Notes under the pieces: generated by a model
Told to the model about the DNA's origin: nothing
The model's database searches: none
The model's input: only the letters and a program-made list of their open reading frames with translations
Shown: in pieces, positions 58,723 to 64,000 of the stretch
How the letters are laid out: every line of letters starts with the position of its first letter
How positions within the stretch are numbered: position 1 is the first letter of the stretch
Position numbers and translations under genes: made by a program
Assembly: GCA_030615205.1 (NCBI GenBank)
Contig: JAUWZS010000002.1
Span: 200,082-264,081 of the forward strand
Origin: Candidatus Aenigmatarchaeota archaeon
GTDB taxonomy: Archaea > Aenigmatarchaeota > Aenigmatarchaeia > CG10238-14 > SCSR01
Direction of reading: 5' to 3'
DNA: 64,000 nucleotides

Positions 58723-61700
58723 AAATTAATATCGGAGTTAAAATCGGCGGAAGTATTAGGAAAAAATCAATAGGTAAGAAATCTATAATTAAGCTTAGTC
58801 TGATAGGGATTTTCAGTCTAATTATCTCTTCAATGATATTTTTTCTTTTCTCTGTTAGACAAGCAAAAGCACAAACGACAGAAGAGCTATGGGTCGATGG
58901 TTGGACTGCAGTTACAGAAGAATGGGCTACGTCTGGGACAGAACCATGGATTGATGCTTCGGATGCTTCTTACATTGAAGATGACGGGACTCCAGCGTTT
59001 GCTACAATGAAGGAGTTCACCTTTACTGATTCATCATCTGAGTATGATTCTATAGATAAAATTTATGTTAATGTCTCTATGAGAGCAACTTTGTCTGCCC
59101 AGATCTGTGATATTACGGTGTATATTTGGGACGGCGACTCCTGGGAAAGTCCTGGTCAAGTACGTGGTATCTATCAGGGGGCGGAGGCGTGGGGGTGGGA
59201 TTGGAAGGAGATCTCAAGTATCTTGACCACCAAAACACAAGTGGATAGTGCAAAACTATATTTTACAACCTTCTTTCTGGAAGCTGGCACTGCCTGTCAG
59301 ATGGATGCTGCAAAGCTTGATATAACGTGGACAGAAGGATTTCCACAATATTACAATACTACAGGACATTCAACCTGTCAATACGGCTGTGTTAATAATA
59401 CTAACCCTTCTGTGGGAGATGCTGTTAAATGGAATGTGAATTGGACAAGTGAAACAAATAAGCTAATAAATGGTTGGATGTTTGAATATAATCAATCTGG
59501 CAGCCCTGCTAATGTTACTTCTGCTAATTGGTCAGATTTTAGGCCAAATGCATCTGAGGGTTATGTTATCAATGGGACTCAAGCGGATAGCACCACTTAT
59601 GCAAATTTGACTTCTAATGATGATAATTTTTGGAATATATCAGCAGAAGTTGTTGGAGGGACTGGTTCTACAGAACTTTGGGTTGATGATTTCACAAACG
59701 AGTTTACAGACTGGACAGCGAATGCCCCTTCTCCATATCTTGACAGTGTTGACAGTGGTTATATTACAGTAAATTCAGACGATAGCCAATATGAGGGGAA
59801 TTTTAGCTTCACAGATAGTGGTGATTTAGGAGCAATCAGCGATATCAAAATCTGCGTCTATGCCAAGAATGACGCTAATGACAATGGAAAAATTGAAGTA
59901 TACATTACCAATTCTACTGGTGAATATAGTGTTGCCTATTTTGTAGCAAATGATGGTTCGTATGCTTGGGAGAACACATCGATTCTGGCTACTTTACCGA
60001 CCTGGGCTGAAATCAATTCCGCACAGTTGAGAGTAAGGGCTGAGAGGATCGGTGGCGCAGACATACTTTCTGTCGATGCCGCATTACTTAAAGTTGACCA
60101 TGTAGCAAAATATTATACAACTACAAATACGACAACCAATGCAACCTCTTATCCAAATACTCAAATAGCTGAGATAGATATAACAACAGCCTTTGCTTTT
60201 AACGCATCCTCATCAGACAATTGGTACTATGAGCTATGGAATTTTGGAAGTTCTCAATGGGAATCAGGAACAAGTGGAACCCTATCAACAACAGAAACAA
60301 CTCAAACAATAACTAAAACTTCTTCAATAAGCAATTATGTTAATTCTTCCGGTCATTCTATTGTTAGGATAAAAGTTAATGATTCAACAACTTCTCATAA
60401 ATTGGCGATAGATTATTTAGAATTTAATGTAACGCCTTCATGGGCTTGGTCTAATTATACTTATACTATTCAATCTGGAGATGTGGGGAAAGTGATATAT
60501 GGAAAATTCTATGCCAACGATAGTGGTGGAAATTGGAATAGTACCGGTCTTATAAATATTACTGTTAGTGGACCAGACCAAACACCACCAACCTATAGCA
60601 AAAATGTAACAAACACAACAGCTGCAGGACATCCATGTAACTTTAGTTTGGAATGGGATGATAATCAAGCATTGAGTCCAAATGGTGGATATATATTTTC
60701 TACAAACAATTCTGGAACATGGCAGAATGCTAGTTGGACAGCTTTTACTTCTACTCCACAGAATGCTACTAATACTACAACTTTAAATGATATTATTGGA
60801 ACAGTTGTTGCATGGTGTTTTTACGCTAATGATTCTGCAGGTAACTGGAATGGAACATCATGTCAAGCAGGCAATGAATTTACTTTAACAACAATAGCAA
60901 AATGGCTTGAGGTTAATTGGACAATTGGTTCTGAAATAAATGATACTGAATGTACACCTGGTTCGCCATGTGAATTTAATCAATATGAACAGTTTAAAGC
61001 AAATGCTACTGTTATTTGTAAGACTAACCCAGCTGGTTATTCCTGTGGCTCTGTTTCTGGTAGTATAAGATATAATGAGAGTGGAACCGAGCCTAATCAA
61101 TTGATAAATATAACAGAAGGGGCAGAGCCGTTTTATATTGATGATATCATCCACCAAGAAATGCTTCCTACTTATGCAGAAAACAGTACTAATGATGTTA
61201 CAGATAATGTGAATGAATCTGATAATATTTATGGAAGGGAATATTGTGGTACTGCTTCTTGTATTACTCCCTATATCTACATCAACTTTACCACATCTGA
61301 AACCTATGAAAATGTAACAATAGAAGTTGTTGTTCTTACAGCTGGATTTTTGTCTTGTTGGTCTGGTTCAGGTTGGACAACTATAATTTTTAGTTTACCA
61401 ATTACAGAAGGAAACAAAACTGGTTCACTTTCAAGCTGTAGCAATGCGGATGGAAATTACACTTTTAGAGCTTGGGATATTGATACAGGTGGTTTCAGAG
61501 GTGAAGCAGAAATAAAAATAGATTATATATTCCTAAACAGAACAATCGAAGCACAAAACACTGAATCCTGCGGTTCTTTAACAGATGGTTCTTCTTGTCA
61601 GCTAAACTGGACAGTAAATGCAACTGGAACCCCCATTTTGTTGCATGTTCTGGATGTTAATTTCACTTCTCCATCGGTAACAGAAAATACAACAGATGAT

Positions 61701-64000
61701 GCTTATGTTAAAATTATACCTTATGGTTGGTTGAATGCCACCCTGTTAACTCCTACTCCAAATCAATCAACAAACTGGGCACAATATTCTGAACACTGGA
61801 TAAACGCAACAACAGAATGTAAAGGAGATACTGATGCAACTTGTGGGAATGTTGAAGGAACTGCCAGATATGTATTAACAAAATGCTCACCATCTTGTGA
61901 TTGGCCCACTTACGGACAGAACCAGAATCGTACAGGTGTATCTACATCTCCTGCTCCAACAACGAACGAGGTGCTATGGAAAGTCAATGTTACAGGTACA
62001 TTTGATGAGTACTGTGGCCCCATTGTTGTGAATGGTATTGTTTATCATTGTGGTAAGGACCAAGATGATGAAGGAACAACCTATCATGGATGGGAATACT
62101 GTTTTGCATTGAACGCAACAACTGGCGAACAGATTTGGAATTTTTCTACAGGTTCGGTTGATGACACACCAACATATAATAACGATGTACTGTTTGTTAC
62201 TGCTTATGATAAAGATGTTAATAAAACTTGGGCCTTGAATGCTACTAACGGAACAGAAGTCTGGAGTTTTTCAACAGGTTCATCCCGTTCTGGTGGAAGT
62301 CCGGCAGTATACGATGGCAGAGTATTTGTCTTTAGCACAGATGATTGTAAAGTTTTTGCATTGAATGAAACAACAGGAGATGAGATTTGGAATTATCCTA
62401 TACCTGATTGTGATATGTTGGCAAGTTCACCAACTGTGTGGAACAAGACGTTATATGTTGCAATCTATACAACTACGGCTGATGCTGATACTCTTTACGC
62501 CTTTAATGCTACCAGCGACACAGCTCAGATAATTTGGCAAAATAATAAAATGCCCAAGGGAGCATGGGACTCTTCACCTTCAATAGATGAAGATGGTAGA
62601 CTTTTTATTGGTGGTTATACTTACGATACCCTTTATGCATTTTGGGCTATCAATGGTACTCAAATTTGGAATGCTAGCATGTCTGCATCTAGTTTTGATA
62701 GTCACTACTCTACTCCTGCTGTTCATAACGGAGTTGTTTTTGGAGGTGGAGAAAAGAATGTTCTTTATGCTATCAATGCCTCAAATGGTGCTTCTATCTG
62801 GAATTATACGACTTCTGATGATATATACCCTTCTCCAGCAATTGCCGATGGAATAGTATTTTTCGGAAGTCAGGATACTTACATTTATGCAGTAAACGAA
62901 ACTAACGGTAACTTAATATGGAGTTATCAAACAGGAGGCAGGATATATTCTTCTGCAGCGGTCGTAGATTCTATTATGTATATCGCAAGCGATGATTGGT
63001 ATTTATATGCTTTTCGCACCATGAAAAACATTTCGAATGAAACTGGAGACACACCTTTTTACATAACTGGTCAAAACCCAGATTCTTGCGGTTCAATGAG
63101 CTTGGGAAATTCTTGTCAACTAAACTGGACGGCAAATGCAACTGGAAGTATAAATTCTACATATATTATAGATGTTAGTTTTACTTCTGATGAGACTAGA
63201 GTTGATGCGAATGATACCGATGATGCTTATGTTAAAATTATTACAGGAGTAGATAACACACCACCAACCTATAGCAAAAACACTACAAACACAACTGTAG
63301 CAGGTGCTGCTGCAAACTTTACAATAAATGTGACTGATGACAATACTTTGGACTCGACTGCCGGCTACATATTCAGCACGAACAACACTGGCAGCTGGGA
63401 GAATGCAAGCTACGTTGCTTTCACCGGCTCGGGCACAACACTTACAGCTTGGAATGTTACTACACTTAACGATACTACCGGCACGCTCGTGCAGTGGAAG
63501 TTCTATGCGAATGACACGAGTAATAATTGGAATGTGAGTGAGACGTATAATTTGACAACTGTTACTCCTTATCTAGAAGTTACACTCATCAACCCGCCGT
63601 CAAGCTATTCAGCTCCACAAAACCAGACTTTTGCAGTGAACGCATCAGTGTATTGCAGGGGCGGTGAATGCGGCACAGTCAATGGGACAGCTATGTATAA
63701 TTCAACCACATCAGGCATAGACACACTTATACCAACGTCTGCCACAACACCATTCCATGCAACAGAAGGCGACCAGCCACAGACTTGCGGTGCAATGGAA
63801 GCAGACGAGTTCTGCCAGCTGAACTGGACTGTGAATGCCACAGGAGATGAAGGTACTGTATGGGAGATAGGCGTAAATTTCAGCTCTACTGTTAGCAGTG
63901 TTGCAGATAACACTACTGCGAACTCTACAGTCACTATAACAGTATGTACAGTAGATATATCGCTTGGTTGGGACGCTCTTGATTTCGGTTCAGTCGACCC
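58719..64000 (+). CDS. Giant cell-surface glycoprotein (>1750 aa, runs off the window end) with a PQQ-type beta-propeller and repeated Ig-like modules
   Basis: Not in the ORF track. It starts at an ATGA overlap with the wHTH gene and has a signal peptide ending AKA. The frame was spot-checked at 61899 (DWPHYGQNQNRTG) and at 63960. It contains ALNATTGEQIW-type repeats and many N-x-S/T sites. Confidence 0.85.
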   Translation, partial: MKINIGVKIGGSIRKKSIGKKSIIKLSLIGIFSLIISSMIFFLFSVRQAKAQTTEELWVDGWTAVTEEWATSGTEPWIDASDASYIEDDGTPAFATMKEFTFTDSSSEYDSIDKIYVNVSMRATLSAQICDITVYIWDGDSWESPGQVRGIYQGAEAWGWDWKEISSILTTKTQVDSAKLYFTTFFLEAGTACQMDAAKLDITWTEGFPQYYNTTGHSTCQYGCVNNTNPSVGDAVKWNVNWTSETNKLINGWMFEYNQSGSPANVTSANWSDFRPNASEGYVINGTQADSTTYANLTSNDDNFWNISAEVVGGTGSTELWVDDFTNEFTDWTANAPSPYLDSVDSGYITVNSDDSQYEGNFSFTDSGDLGAISDIKICVYAKNDANDNGKIEVYITNSTGEYSVAYFVANDGSYAWENTSILATLPTWAEINSAQLRVRAERIGGADILSVDAALLKVDHVAKYYTTTNTTTNATSYPNTQIAEIDITTAFAFNASSSDNWYYELWNFGSSQWESGTSGTLSTTETTQTITKTSSISNYVNSSGHSIVRIKVNDSTTSHKLAIDYLEFNVTPSWAWSNYTYTIQSGDVGKVIYGKFYANDSGGNWNSTGLINITVSGPDQTPPTYSKNVTNTTAAGHPCNFSLEWDDNQALSPNGGYIFSTNNSGTWQNASWTAFTSTPQNATNTTTLNDIIGTVVAWCFYANDSAGNWNGTSCQAGNEFTLTTIAKWLEVNWTIGSEINDTECTPGSPCEFNQYEQFKANATVICKTNPAGYSCGSVSGSIRYNESGTEPNQLINITEGAEPFYIDDIIHQEMLPTYAENSTNDVTDNVNESDNIYGREYCGTASCITPYIYINFTTSETYENVTIEVVVLTAGFLSCWSGSGWTTIIFSLPITEGNKTGSLSSCSNADGNYTFRAWDIDTGGFRGEAEIKIDYIFLNRTIEAQNTESCGSLTDGSSCQLNWTVNATGTPILLHVLDVNFTSPSVTENTTDDAYVKIIPYGWLNATLLTPTPNQSTNWAQYSEHWINATTECKGDTDATCGNVEGTARYVLTKCSPSCDWPTYGQNQNRTGVSTSPAPTTNEVLWKVNVTGTFDEYCGPIVVNGIVYHCGKDQDDEGTTYHGWEYCFALNATTGEQIWNFSTGSVDDTPTYNNDVLFVTAYDKDVNKTWALNATNGTEVWSFSTGSSRSGGSPAVYDGRVFVFSTDDCKVFALNETTGDEIWNYPIPDCDMLASSPTVWNKTLYVAIYTTTADADTLYAFNATSDTAQIIWQNNKMPKGAWDSSPSIDEDGRLFIGGYTYDTLYAFWAINGTQIWNASMSASSFDSHYSTPAVHNGVVFGGGEKNVLYAINASNGASIWNYTTSDDIYPSPAIADGIVFFGSQDTYIYAVNETNGNLIWSYQTGGRIYSSAAVVDSIMYIASDDWYLYAFRTMKNISNETGDTPFYITGQNPDSCGSMSLGNSCQLNWTANATGSINSTYIIDVSFTSDETRVDANDTDDAYVKIITGVDNTPPTYSKNTTNTTVAGAAANFTINVTDDNTLDSTAGYIFSTNNTGSWENASYVAFTGSGTTLTAWNVTTLNDTTGTLVQWKFYANDTSNNWNVSETYNLTTVTPYLEVTLINPPSSYSAPQNQTFAVNASVYCRGGECGTVNGTAMYNSTTSGIDTLIPTSATTPFHATEGDQPQTCGAMEADEFCQLNWTVNATGDEGTVWEIGVNFSSTVSSVADNTTANSTVTITVCTVDISLGWDALDFGSVD

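Noticed and set aside
60438-63934. Short ORFs listed in the track within the last 4 kb
   Set aside because: They are alternative-frame shadows of the giant surface-protein gene starting at 58719.
1-64000. Integrase, transposase, reverse transcriptase or viral structural genes
   Set aside because: None was recognised in any ORF. Any recombinase for the repeat arrays must be encoded elsewhere or be unrecognisable by eye.

Overview
This is a low-GC archaeal chromosomal segment. Gene content and the many surface-protein genes suggest a DPANN archaeon, possibly Aenigmarchaeota (inference only). The housekeeping backbone includes TBP, FtsZ, AsnRS, aIF2a-Nop10-PAC2, uS2, class II RNR with CobO, a Grx-TrxR fusion, IscU, SufS, EndoIV, archease, RtcB, Sec61b, RNase P RNA and six tRNAs. 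One tRNA has a single BHB intron and one has two. Blocks of accessory genes are interleaved with this backbone. The most striking signal is that these blocks are divided into cassette-like units by same-orientation repeats, with no recognisable integrase in the window. (i) Seven progressively degenerate copies of the tRNA-Ser(GCT) 3' end span about 13 kb downstream of that tRNA. (ii) Two copies of the tRNA-Leu(TAG) 3' end each close a single-gene unit. (iii) A 22-bp non-tRNA motif, GAACAAAAAATCTATCTGATTC, separates four single genes next to sufS and marks one more insertion elsewhere. Together these suggest an integron-like serial gene-capture mechanism. Other signals are a 3-kb nuclease / proteasome-like protease / NYN module bracketed by inverted TGTCGCA arrays, an identical palindromic operator at the iscU and sufS promoters, and a candidate structured ncRNA beside archease and rtcB. 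All calls come from reading the sequence by eye; no database searches were run.
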